Positions 35,494 to 47,732 of a stretch of 64,000 nucleotides of DNA are shown here, in pieces. The translations under genes were made by a program, and so were the position numbers. Position 1 is the stretch's first letter, and each line of letters opens with the position of its first letter. Where the stretch lies: assembly GCF_032191835.1 (NCBI RefSeq), contig NC_083237.1, positions 16,182,001 to 16,246,000 of the forward strand, in the 5' to 3' direction. The notes under the pieces were generated by a model that saw only the letters and a list, made by a program, of their open reading frames with translations, ran no database searches and had not been told where the DNA came from. Origin of the DNA: Heteronotia binoei (taxonomy: Eukaryota).

Positions 35494-38452
35494 CTAATAG
35501 CCACTGATGGACCTCTGCTCCATATTTTTATCTAAACCCCTCTTGAAGGTGGCTATACTTGTGGCCGCCGCCACCTCCTGTGGCAGTGAATTCCACATGT
35601 TAATCACCCTTTGGGTGAAGAAGTACTTCCTTTTATCCGTTTTAACCTGTCTGCTCAGCAATTTCATCGAATGCCCACGAGTTCTTGTATTGTGAGAAAG
35701 GGAGAAAAGTACTTCTTTCTCTACTTTCTCCAGCCCATGCATTATCTTGTAAACCTCTATCATGTCACCCCGCAGTCGACGTTTCTCCAAGCTAAAGAGT
35801 CCCAAGCGTTTCAACCTTTCTTCATAGGGAAAGTGCTCCAGCCCTTTAATCATTCTAGTTGCCCTTCTCTGCACCTTCTCTAAAGCTATAATATCCTTTT
35901 TGAGGTGCGGCGACCAGAACTGCACACAGTACTCCAAATGAGACCGCACCATCGATTTATACAGGGGCATTATGATACTGGCTGATTTGTTTTCAATTCC
36001 CTTCCTAATAATTCCCAGCATGGCGTTGGCCTTTTTTATTGCAAACGCACACTGTCTTGACATTTTCAGTGAATTATCTACCATGACCACAAGATCTCTT
36101 TCTTGGTCAGTCTCTGCCAGTTCACACCCCATCAACTTGTATTTGTAGCTGGGATTCTTGGCCCCAATGTGCATTACTTTGCACTTGGCCACATTGAACC
36201 GCATCTGCCACGTTGACGCCCACTCACCCAGCCTCAACAGATCCCTTTGGAGTTCCTCACAATCCTCTCTGGTTCTCACCACCCTGAACAATTTAGTGTC
36301 ATCCGCAAACTTGGCCACTTCACTGCTCACTCCCAACTCTAAATCATTTATGAACAAGTTAAAGAGCATGGGACCCAGTACCGAGCCCTGTGGCACCCCA
36401 CTGCTTACCGTCCTCCACTGCGAAGACTGCCCATTTATACTCACTCTCTGCTTCCTATTACTCAGCCAGTTTTTGATCCACAAGAGGACCTGTCCTTTTA
36501 CTCCATGATTCTCAAGCTTTCTAAGGAGCCTTTGATGAGGAACTTTATCAAAAGCTTTCTGGAAGTCAAGGTAAACAACATCTATCGGTCCTTTGTCCAC
36601 ATGTTTGTTCACCCCCTCAAAGAAATGCAACAGGTTACTGAGGCAAGATCTTCCCTTGCAGAACCCATGCTGAGTCTTCCTCAATAACCCGTGTTCATCA
36701 ATGTGCCTACTCATTCTGTCCTTGATAATGGTTTCTACCAACTTTCCCGGTATTGAAGTCAGACTGACTGGCCTGTAATTTCCCGGATCTCCTCTGGAAC
36801 CTTTTTTAAAGATGGGGGTGACATTTGCTACCTTCCAGTCCTCAGGAATGGAGGCAGATTTCAATGAAAGATTACAGATTTTTGTTAGAAGATCCACAAG
36901 TTCAACTTTGAGTTCCTTCAGAACTCTCGGATGTATGCCATCCGGACCCGGTGACTTATTAGTTTTTAATTTGTCTATCAGTTGTAGGACCTCCTCATTT
37001 GTCACCTCAACCTGACTCGGGTCTTTCAACACCCCTTCCAAAATTAGTGGTTCTGGGGCGGGCAAAAAGTTCTCGTCTTCTACAGTGAAGACGGAGGCAA
37101 AAAATTCATTTAGCTTCTCAGCCATTTCCCTATCCTCCTTCAGTAATCCTTTTACCCCATGGTCATCCAAGGGCCCCACTGCCTCCCTGGCTGGTTTCCT
37201 ACTTCTAATATATTTGAAGAAAGTTTTATTGTTGGTCTTTATGTTTTTTGCAATATGCTCCTCATAGTCCCTTTTTGCCTGCCTGATCACAGTCTTGCAT
37301 TTGATTTGCCACAGCCTGTGTTCCCTTTTACTAATCTCACTTGGACTGGTTTTCCACCGCTTAAAGGAGTCCTTCTTACCTTTTACAGCTTCCATTACTT
37401 TGTTTGTTAACCACGCAGGCCTTTTCTTATGCCTGTTTGTGCCTTTCCTAACTTGTGGTATGTATTTTATCTGAGTTTCTAGGATTATAGTTTTAAATAG
37501 CGTCCAAGCTTCCCCAAGGGTTTTGACCGTATGTACCTTTCCTTTCAGTTTCTTCCTCACATGCCTCCTCATCTCAGTGTATTTACCCCTTTTAAAGTTA
37601 AACGTGGTTGTGGTGGTCTTTTTGGACAACTCCCTATTTATACAAACGGTGAAATCAATAACATTATGGTCACTGCTCCCAAGCGGCGCAATCACTTTTA
37701 CATCTCTCACCAAGTCTTGGGCATTACTTAGGACCAAATCCAGGATCGCCCCACCCCTGGTAGGTTCTGAGACCATCTGCTCCATAGCACAGTCATTGAG
37801 AGCATCAAGAAACTCTTTCTCTCGACCAGAACACATATTGACCCAATCAATCTGCGGGTAGTTAAAAATCACCTATTACAACACAGTTTTTACGTTTAGC
37901 CGCTATCTTTAAGCCTTCCATCATATTATAATCGTCCTCTCTCTTTTGATTTGGTGGGCGATAACAAACTCCCATAGTTAAATTTCCTTTTGGGCCCTCT
38001 ATTTCAACCCAAAGCATTTCTAAAAGTGAATCTAATTCTCTGATCTCAGCCTTACTGGACCGTATATCCTCTCTGACATACAGAGCCACCCCACCTCCAA
38101 CCCTTCCCTCCCTATCCTTCCGATATAGCTTATATCCAGGAATCACCGTGTCCCACTGATTCTCCTCATTCCACCAAGTTTCTGAAATTCCCACAATGTC
38201 TATGTTTTCTCCCAACACTAAACATTCCAATTCACCAATTTTACTTTGAACACTTCTAGCATTTGCATACAAACATCTATAATTTCCCAGGCGAGCTAGG
38301 CCCACCACCTTCCTCCTGCCGCCTCGAGACGCTGGCAGACAGTCCATATTGTTTGTCACCTTCACAGTGGACAACTCCGGTCCATTACCCGGTAGAGAAA
38401 TAGCAGCTAACCCTTCATCTCTTTGAGACGAGTCCTCCCGAACCAGAGACAT
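35494..38452 (-). pseudogene. CR1 ORF2: apurinic endonuclease plus reverse transcriptase, one +1 frameshift at about 37865
   Basis: CLYANARS, IVGISETWW, VVIGDF|(t)NYP, then LDFQKAFDKVPH, GVPQGSVLGP, FADDTKL. Extra T in gatttttaac. Confidence 0.95.
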
Positions 38453-38481
38453 TTCATCTCCTGTCGGCTTTCCCCCAAGAT

Positions 38482-39351
38482 TTAGTTTAAAAACTGCTCT
38501 GCCACCTTTTTGATTTTAAGCGCCAGCAGCCTGGTTCCATCTGGGGACAAGTGGAGACCGTCTCTTTTGAACAGCTCCCGCTTGTTCCAGAAAGCATCCC
38601 AGTGCCTAACAAACTTAAACCCTTCCTCCTTACACCATCATCTCATCCACACATTGAGACTTCTAATTTGTGCCTGTCTCTCCTGCCCTGAACGTGGAAC
38701 AGGTAGCACTTCCGAGAAGGCTACCTTGGAGGTCCTGGCCTTAAGTCTCCCGCCTAGCAGCCTAAATTTTTCCTCCAGGACCTCACGACTGCATTTCCCC
38801 ACATCGTTGGTGCCAACATGCACCACGACCACAGGCTCCTCCCCAGCACTGTCTATCAGTCTATCTACTACACGCGTAATGTCCGCTACCTTCGCACCAG
38901 GCAGGCAAGTCACCATACGGTCAGTACGCGGTTTCGCCACCTGGCTGTCTACTTGCCTAATGATCGAATCACCAACTACCAATACCCCCCCTCTCCCCCT
39001 GCTCAGGGATGGTTCCTTGGCGCGAAAGGATTCCCACTCACCAACCGAAGAAGAGGTCCCTTCTGAGGGCACATTCCCCTTATCCTCAGCACGGTGCCCT
39101 GTTCCCTCTTGACCCTCACGCTCTCTGGCAGCAACGGGGCTGCTACGTTCAGAGCGGGGCTCATCTAATACGCCCCCGAGAGTCTTCCCCAAGTGCCTAA
39201 CTGACCGTCTCTGCTTCTCCAGGGCAGTCACCTCGGCCTCAAGGGTACGAACTCGTTCCCTGAGGACCAGGAGCTCCTTGCATCGAGCACACACCCAAGA
39301 CTTCTGTCCTTTGGGCAGATAGTCATACATGTGACACTCAGTGCAAAACAC
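38482..39351 (-). pseudogene. CR1 ORF1 (Cys-rich finger plus SGNH esterase), premature TGA at 38640-38638
   Basis: CTECHMY...VCARCKEL; LVVGDSII, VVHVGTND. After the stop the frame continues WCKEEGF...RDGLHLS to TAA at 38484-38482. The true start may lie in the gap. Confidence 0.9.
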
Positions 39352-39371
39352 TGGAAAGCCCCCAACCCCCT

Positions 39372-39519
39372 NNNNNNNNNNNNNNNNNNNNNNNNNNNNN
39401 NNNNNNNNNNNNNNNNNNNNNNNNNNNNNNNNNNNNNNNNNNNNNNNNNNNNNNNNNNNNNNNNNNNNNNNNNNNNNNNNNNNNNNNNNNNNNNNNNNNN
39501 NNNNNNNNNNNNNNNNNNN
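39372..39519. other. Assembly gap inside the CR1 5' region
   Basis: Run of N. Confidence 1.
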
Positions 39520-41210
39520 CTGTTTAAGTGGCTCCCCTTCTGGCGGGTCAACTTACCTTACCTAAACTTACCTTATTGGGAATTTACCTTATTTGGAGAA
39601 CAAGGAAGCCAGGGATCTGGGTTCCTGCTCCTTAGGGAGCCCCTAGGCAAAGAGCCACAGGCCAAGAGCCCTTTAGCTCTCGCCCTTCGGCTCGCGCCAA
39701 AGGCTCGCGCCTTTGGCAAGGCGCAGCTTAAAATGCAAAGAGGTGGAGCAGAGGCACTCCTCAGCAATCACTCTCAATCAGCAGCAATCACTCTCAATCT
39801 CTTTCACCCTTAAGGCAGTCAACCAAACAAAGAGCAGTCAACCAAACAAAGAGCAGTTCCCCAGCTATCACACCTTAGAATTTTAGGCAGCCCCACAAAC
39901 CTTAGAATGAAGTCCTTCAAAACTCAGAAATTCTCAGCAATTTCTCCAGCTGTCTCAGCTATCAGAGCTGCTCTGCTCTGCTCCTCTCAGACCTCTGTGA
40001 GATGTGCTCAGCCTTTTCCTGGCTGACCATCTGGAAAGACTCTAACTGATTATGTTACATCATTGGAGCTGAAAAATATGTTGCTGTCTTCCAGATCTGA
40101 GCAGCCCAAAATGGAATACCATTGGGTAGTATTTAATGATAACTCAAGTGCCATTTGGATTTTGAAGGATTTCAATTTTTTCTCCATTCACAATTTATTA
40201 AATTAAATTAAATTCTACAGTGAACATTAATACAAGTTACTGACCACATTGTTCCATCAATCTACTATATTGTTCATCCATGTTTTATAATAGAAAACAT
40301 TTTTCAATTAATCCACACGCAATTAATACACCTATTTGCTAACCATGAGTCATTTTCTGTGCTGAATCTTATTATTTTATATCACCCGTTTCCTCTAAGG
40401 ATTTCCATTTTGAGAAACAGGTAGAGTTCCCATTTGTCCACTTATAGTGAAAGAACTTCTACCAATTTTAACCCATTCTCACTCATAGCTCAATTGATCA
40501 ATGAGTGGAAACGGAGGCTAAAGGGGGGCACTGGTCCTGAAGATAAAAATTAAAAAGATGGTTTCTGGTGATTGGAAGAGCTACCCTTGTCACTTTTAGG
40601 TACCTCTAGGAATCACTTGGAACAGTATGGTCAACATTGCTAGAGATACCCTTGCACTTCTATGCGGCTCTAGGAGTCACCAGTAACTCTATGGTCAGAA
40701 CTTCTGTTAAGTAGCTAAGGTCTAATTTTTAATTTCTTTTTAATTTTATTTTTCCTGTGGATTTTGCCTCCCTCCCACTGCAACCCTCCAGCTGGTGACT
40801 TGGCACTGCTGGCAACCCTAGAACAGGCCAGTTTTCCAATACAGAAGGTTGTATGCTGTCTCTCGGAATGCACTTGTTAAGGCCTTGTTTTCCTGGTTGT
40901 CTTTCTCATTGGTGTCCAGTTGTTACAGATCCGTGTACCCAGAATACAAGCCTGCTAAGATGTAGTCAACGTATTGTCTTCTCAATGTTGTAAAAAATTG
41001 TTCATCTGAGTTGGTAAATTACCTTCTGTGTAATCAGCAAATTCATCACCATTTTCTCTCCACCCTTTGGGAGTTCTAGTCATCACTAGGAAAGGGAAGG
41101 GGAGAAGCACTCAAAGATGATGTTACTATTCACCCTGACATTCATAGCTGGAAGAGAGTCAGAGAGGGGCTGCGTTCACTGATACTTTATATTTGGAAGG
41201 TATAAACGGT

Positions 41211-41428
41211 GGAGGGATGGTGGCTCAGTGGTAGAGCATCTGCTTGGGAAGCAGAAGGTCCCAGGTTCAATCCCTGGCATCTCCAAAAAAGGGTCCAGGC
41301 AAATAGGTGTGAAAAACCTCAGCTTGAGACCCTGGAGAGCCGCTGCCAGTCTGAGAAGACAATACTGACTTTGATGGACCAAAAGGTCTGATTCAGTATA
41401 AAGCAGCTTCATATGTACATATGTTCAT
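41211..41428 (+). mobile_element. Squam3-like SINE about 130 nt upstream of V2R exon 1; copy at 60399-60616
   Basis: Full head, body and tail; shared by both duplicate copies, so it predates the duplication. Confidence 0.9.
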
Positions 41429-41557
41429 ACTGTTCCAACTTGGCTTTGGATAAGGCTATTAATGTCCCTTCCATCTCCTGATGTGCTGCTAAGGAATCCT
41501 TGAATATTAACATGAAAACAGATGAACTGGTGTCTATCAGAAAGATTTTCATAGAAG

Positions 41558-41665
41558 ATGCTGCTATTTATCACTTCCATGTTAGCGCTGCTGGGGAAGG
41601 GGGTGTGCAAATCTCTGACTGTTCAATGCCCCAGCAGTTATCCGCTTCCTATTGTACACAAATAA
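41558..41665 (+). pseudogene. Truncated V2R exon 1 at the duplication junction
   Basis: MLLFITSMLALLGKGVCKSLTVQCPSSYPLPIVHK*. Identity to 60746-60852 stops at cacaaata. Confidence 0.88.
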
Positions 41666-42034
41666 AAAGGAAGTTTTATGAAAGAATTTTTCAATCTGAA
41701 AACCTGGGCTTGAAGTCTAGAGAAGAGTTTGCAACACAGTTGGAGGGGTGTTTGGGTAGTAGGGAACTTGGCACATCTCCCACTGTGTTAGGATGGTCCT
41801 TTTATGCGGAAGGGTCCCATAGCTAGACATGGGAACCCACTTTCTTGGATATACAGCTTGCATTTGAATGGGCAGTTTGAAAGTAACTGCTGCCAAATTT
41901 TGATAAGAAGATTAGTAGGACAGTATCCAACATTCCAAGGTGGGATGATGGTTGGATGTGAATGACTCGCGTATTGATTAGCTTAAATGTCTTTTTGATG
42001 GCCCATCTTGGGTGTATCAGCTGTTAGCCTGCCT

Positions 42035-42410
42035 TTATCAATGTGTGGCTGTGAGAGCTAGACCATAAGGAAGGCCGAGAACAGAAGAATAGATACTTTT
42101 GAGCTGTGATGCTGGAGAAGATTCTTGAGAGTCCCTTAGACTGCTAGAAGATCCAGTCAGTCAGTCCTAAGGGAAATCAACCCTGACTGTTCCCTGGAAG
42201 GTCAGATGCTGAAGCTGAAGCTCAAATACTTTGGCCACCAAATGAGAAGGCAGTACTCCCTGGAGAAGATCCTGATGCTAGGAAAGACAGAAGGCAAAAG
42301 AAGTAGGGGATGGCGAAAGATTTGGGCAGACTTCGGAGGATGGTGGAAGACAGGAGGGCCTGGCATGACTTTGTCCATGGGGTCACCAAAAGTCGGACTT
42401 GAACAACAAA
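42035..42410 (+). mobile_element. RTE/BovB LINE 3' fragment
   Basis: gctggagaagattcttgagagtccc...ctgaagctgaagctcaaatactttggccacc (MLKLKLKYFGH)...gtccatggggtcac.aaaagtcggac. Confidence 0.88.
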
Positions 42411-43665
42411 ATCAATTGTTACATTGGATTAGTTACATTGGATTAGTAACAGTTAAGGGCTGCCCAGCTGTCTATAGCTAGAAATGGTTCACATTGCCTT
42501 AATGAAGTATCCCTTGGAGCAAGGGCTATTATTGTAATAGGCATATTTTGGATTTTAGCATTGAAAATGCACCCCCCCCCCTGAAAATAAATATGCCACT
42601 TGAGCTGGGGAAGACGGCACAATTCTACCCACCATTCCTCATCCCTGGGCTTACAATGACAAAGCTGCAACTGGGTGCCTTTTCCAGGTGCCTATTTCCT
42701 TTTGCCACTCACGTAATCTCAGAAGGCAGGGCACCCAAAGCAGAGCAACCAAAGATTAATATGATGGCTGAGTTCATAAGACAGTAGATCCCTCACCATT
42801 TGTGTGTGAAATGCCAACAGGTTGCAGCCATCTTATTCCAACTTCAGCAAGGGGCTTTCTAGGCAAGTGAAGAGCAGAGGTGATTTGCCATGGCCTTTCT
42901 GTGCAGAGTCTTCCTTACTGTTCTCCCATCCAAATACCAACTTTCCAAGATCTGACAAAATTGGGCTATTCCATGTTGCTTTTCCCTCCCAATTCCCAAG
43001 CATTACAAGGTTTTCAAGGGTCAGCACCCTGAATTGTGTCTAGTTGAGAGCCAGTGTAGTGAAGCAGATAGATTTTGCTACACCAGCCTGAAGGAATCTA
43101 AAGCCGGGACAGTACAGGACCAAGGGCCTTATGAAGCCCAGCTAATGGACTTCTCTCAGGGATTTCCCTGCTGATTTGAAAGGCAGTTTGTTCCAGATGG
43201 CTTTGGTCAGATCTGATCCAGTCCAATGCTGGTCCTAGTGGATAGGGCCCTGAAGAATGGCATGTCTATAAGAGGACATCAAGAGACACATGTGTTTCTC
43301 ATGATACACAGCATAAGGAACATGACATTGCGACTAGCGACAAAAGAGTGGAAATGACATCCCCATGACTGTGACAATATTAAATTAAATTATTTAATGT
43401 TTAAAAACAGACAATGTTTTCACCTTATTGTTCTCCCAACCTGTGCACTGCCTCAAACGGCAACACACAGAGAAGATCTTGGAAACACTGTGGTGCATGG
43501 ACACAGTTTTCAAGCACAACCAACAACAAAGGACATGTATTAATCTTCCCACCCCTTTATTATCTTCTCCCTTTTGTTCAGATCAGGCCTTATCATAGTG
43601 ATGTAGAATTTGGGGTGAAAGACACAACTGAGTACTCCAGCACTGCAAGCCATGATGGAGAAGAT

Positions 43666-46191
43666 GGTCACAGAACCTACCAGGGGTGGGGCGATCCTAG
43701 ATTTGGTCCTAAGTAATGCCCAAGACTTGGTAAGAGATGTAAAAGTGAGCAGTAACTTGGGAACACTAACCATAACTTTATTGATTTCACCATTTGTATA
43801 AATAGGGAGTTGCCCCAAAAGACCAGCACAACCACAACAACAACAACAACTTTTATTTGTATCCTGCCCTCCCCGCCGGAGCAGGCTCAGGGCGGCTAAA
43901 ACATTTCATACATCAATTATACAATCATTAAAACTGCTACATTAACAATGTAATTAAAATTCTAGTTAAAATTCTAAAACTAATAAAAATTAATAACATA
44001 TATACTGGTGCTATGATTACGTTTACGTTTATGATGGCGAGTTCTTTAGCAGTTTCCCCCTTATTCGGTGAAGGCCAACTGGAAGAGGGTAGTCTTGCAG
44101 GCCCTGCGGAACTGTTCAAGGTCCCGCAGGGCCCGCATTTCCTCTGGAAGTTGGTTCCACAGGTGTGGAGCCATAGTAGAGAAAGCTCGGTTGCAGGTGC
44201 TTTGCAACTTCACCTCTTTCGGCCCGGGGATGTTCAGCAGGTTTTTCCCAGCTGACCTCAGTGCTCTCTGGGGTTCATACGGGGAGAGACGGTCCCTAAG
44301 GTAGGCAGGTCCTCGACCATATAGGGCTTTAAAGGTGATAACCAGCACTTTGTAACGAATCCGGTATACAACTGGCAGCCAGTGCAATTCGCGCAGCCCA
44401 GGCTGTATGTGGCCCCACATTGGGAGCCCCAACAGCAATCTAGCCACCGCGTTCTGCACTAGCTGCAGCTTCCGGATTCGGTACAGAGGCAGCCCCATGT
44501 AGAGGGCATTACAGTAGTCAAGTCTCGAGGTGACCGTTGCATGAATCACCATTGCCAGATCTTGACGCTCTAGGAAGGGAGCCAGCTGCTTTGCCCGCCT
44601 CAGGTGGGAAAAGGCTGACTTGGCAGTGGCTGCAATCTGGGCCTCCATTGATAGTGAAGGCTCCAGTAAAACTCCCAGGCTCCTGACCCGGCACGCCGCT
44701 TTCAGCGGCGCTCCGTCGAAGACCGGGAGAGGTATTTCTCCTCCCCGGGGCCCCGATCTAGGCAAAGGACTTCTGTCTTCGCTGGATTCAATTTCAGTCC
44801 ACTCTGCCTTAACCAAGTTGCCATAGCCTGCAGAGCCCGGTCTAAATTCTCTGGGACGCAGTCAGGCCGGCCGTCCATTAGTAGATAGAGCTGGGTGTCA
44901 TCTGCATATTGGTGGCACCCAAGCCCGTAACTCCTGGCAATCTGGGCAAGGGGGCGCATATAGATGTTAAATAACATCGGTGAGAGAACTGCTCCCTGAG
45001 GCACACCACAATCTAGTGTGCGTCTCTGGGACAGCTCGCCTCCGATTGCCACCCTTTGTCCCCGATCTTCAAGGAAGGAGGAAAGCTATTGTAGGGCTGA
45101 CCCCCTAACCCCCACATCGGCGAGGCGGCGGGTCAGTAACCGATGGTCGACCGTATCAAATGCAGCCGACAGGTCTAACAACATCAGCACTGCCACACCA
45201 CCTCGATCCGGATGCCGTTGGAGATCATCCACCAGGGCGACCAGCACTGTCTCCGTCCCGTGGCCCGGGCGAAAGCCAGACTGGCAAGGGTCTCGCACGT
45301 TTAACTTTAAAAGGGGGAAATTTTTTGAGATGAGGAGGCATGTGAAGAGGAAACTGAAAGGAAAGGTAAATACAGTCAAAACCCTTGGGGAAGCTTAGAG
45401 GCTATTTAAAACAACAGTCCTAGCAGAATCAGATAAAATATATACCACAAGTTAGGAAAGGCACAAACAGGTATAAGAAAAAGCCTGCATGGTTAACAAA
45501 CAAAGTAATGGAAGCTGTAAAAGGTAAGAAGGACTCCTTTAAGCAGTGGAAAGCTAGTCCAAGTGAGATTAATAAAAGGGAACACAGGCTGTGGCAAATC
45601 AAATGCAAGACTGTGATCAGGCAGGCAAAAAGGGACTATGAGGAGCATATTGCAAAAAACATAAAGACCAACAATAAAAACTTCTTCAAATATATTAGAA
45701 GCAGGAAACCAGCCAGGGAGGCAGTGGGGTCCTTGGATGACCAAGGGGTAAAAGGATTACTGAAGGGGGTTAGGGAAATGGCTGGGAAGCTGAATGCATT
45801 TTTTGCCTCCGTCTTTACTGTGGAAGATGAGAAGTGTTTGCCCACTCCAGAACCACTAATTTTGAAAGGGGTGTTGAAAGACCTGAGACAGATTGAGGTG
45901 ACAAAAGAGGAGGTCCTACAACTGATTGATGAATTAAAAACTAATAAGTCACCAGGTCCAGATGGCATACACCCAAGTGTTCTGAAAGAACTCAAAGTTG
46001 AACTTGTGGATCTCCTGACAAAAATATGTAATCTTTCATTGAAATCTGCCTCCATTCCTGAGGCCTGGAAGGTAGCAAATACCACCCCTATCTTTAAAAA
46101 GGGTTCCAGAGGAGATCTGGGAAACTATAGGCCAGTCAGTCTGACTTCAATACCGGGAAAGTTGGTAGAAACCATTATCAAGGACAGAATG
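43666..46191 (+). mobile_element. Copy-B CR1 ORF2 fragment, split by an L2 insertion
   Basis: Homologous to 19200-20260; includes ORF 45508-46224. Confidence 0.9.
43836..45295 (-). mobile_element. 5'-truncated L2-type LINE (RT C-terminal half), copy B only
   Basis: QSGFRPGHGTET, LLDLSAAFDTVDH, CGVPQGAVLSP, YADDTQLY, SRLDYCNAL, LHWLPV across three frames; (GTT)n tail. Target caaccacgttt is intact in copy A near 19366. Confidence 0.9.
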
Positions 46192-47514
46192 TGTTTAAAC
46201 AATTTTATTGATATCATATGGTAACAATATCCATTTAAATCATCGCTATCCCTAACCCATATGATATTTTCTAATCCCCCCTCCCTCTGTTTCTAGACTC
46301 CCGCCAAAGTTATGTACTTAAAGTTCACTTATAAAGGTACCTTTAACGATAACAATCTAAATTCATATTCTACCCTTATTATAGTGCCTCATTTTACCAC
46401 AGATTTTTGGTGATTGTTAGAGCTATTCTTGTCTCTTCCAGGAATTATAAAAATCACCAGGAACTCTATGGTCAGAACTTATGGTAAGCAGCCAAGACCT
46501 TGTGTTTCATTTTTCATTTTTTTCAGCAGACTCCCCCCCCCCCCCTTACTGGTCATCTGGCAACCCTAGAAACAGGCACAGTTTGAAATACAGAAGGTTT
46601 TATGATGTCACTAGAAATGATGCCTTGTTTTCCTGGTTCCCTTTCTCTCTGTTGTTCCGTTATTACAAATATGTGTACAACAGAATTTAATTTAATTTAA
46701 TTTAATTTGCAGTTTATACCCCGCCATATCCCAGAAGGCAGCCTCAGGGTGGCTTACAACATCAAAACATTGCAATAGCAACAAATAAAACATATCCAAT
46801 TAAACACAACAAATTTAAAATATCTCATAAACGTAATACATAAAATAGAGAGTCATAACTCCAATAATAGTCCAGCCAAAGGCCATAGTTCAGCAGTTGA
46901 TACGACTTCAGCTAGTTAACACCACTTAGCACAGCTTCAGGTCATTGACACTACTTAAGGTTGTATCTCTCACTCTTGACCCAACTCAAGAACATGGATA
47001 GTAAAGCCCTGGGGGAAGGTTTCAGAGGATGCCCGGTAGATTAAAAGCCTGATGGAAGAGCTGTTTTACAGGCCTTGCGAAACTTAGGTAAATCCCACAG
47101 GGACCGGATCTCTAATGGGAGCTCATTGTTCCCTGAAGAGATTCTGAGAACAGGTCTACTAAAATGTAGTCAACATATTTTCTTCGGCAAAGTTGCAGAA
47201 TATCTATCACCTGAGTAAGTCAATTACCTTCCCTGTTATCAGCAAATTCATCATAAACACTTCTACTTATTCTCTCAATCTCTTGGGAGTTTCAGTGATC
47301 GTGGGGGGGCGGGGTACGATATTGTTCTTCCCTCTGCCATCAACAGCAGGAAAGAAAGACAGAGAGGGGCTGTCTGTTCACTGATATTTTACACTTGTAC
47401 CGTCCTGACTTTGATTCAGTCTAGTGAGTGTGCCTTCCATCTCAAGATGTTCTAAGGGGTGTTTGAATATTAACAAGAGAACAGATGAATCGGTGTCTCT
47501 GATTTTCATGGAAG

Positions 47515-47732
47515 ATGGTGTTATTTCTCACTTCTATGTCAGTTCTGCTGGTGCAGGCGGTGTGCAAATCTCCACCTGTTCAATGCCTCACCGGTAACCC
47601 ACTTCCTATTGTTCACAAGTACTATCAATCAGGAGACCTTCTCATTGCTGGCATTGTTTCTCAAGCATTTCAGTTGTCAGATATTGTGACATTTACAGCA
47701 CATCCTTCTTCCAGTTTCTCGGATGAAGTCAT
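47515..47732 (+). CDS. V2R-B exon 1
   Basis: Start of ORF 47515; donor at|gtaag. Confidence 0.9.

Larger units (their letters stand above)
35382..40012 (-). mobile_element. Near full-length CR1 LINE, copy A only
   Basis: 3' tail (ATGTTCTT)n at 35382-35399, ORF2 (EN+RT), ORF1 (zinc-finger-like plus SGNH esterase) and a 5' UTR with short tandem repeats. Copy B has the empty site gccctattt|cttttcctgg near 59186-59200. No TSD seen. Confidence 0.96.
18117..41664 (+). repeat. Segmental duplication copy A
   Basis: Colinear, high-identity match to 42589-60852, from aaatatgccacttgagctgggg to ...cctatt(g/a)tacacaaata, apart from TE indels. Confidence 0.93.

Noticed and set aside
35507-37861. Numerous + strand ORFs of 60-116 aa overlapping the CR1 (and similar ORFs antisense to V2R exons)
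   Set aside because: Shadow frames of real minus-strand or plus-strand coding sequence.
43540-43818. 92-aa ORF fusing novel sequence to a V2R TM7/C-tail
   Set aside because: It is antisense CR1 read into the exon-6 relic, and the copy-A equivalent has a stop; not a gene.
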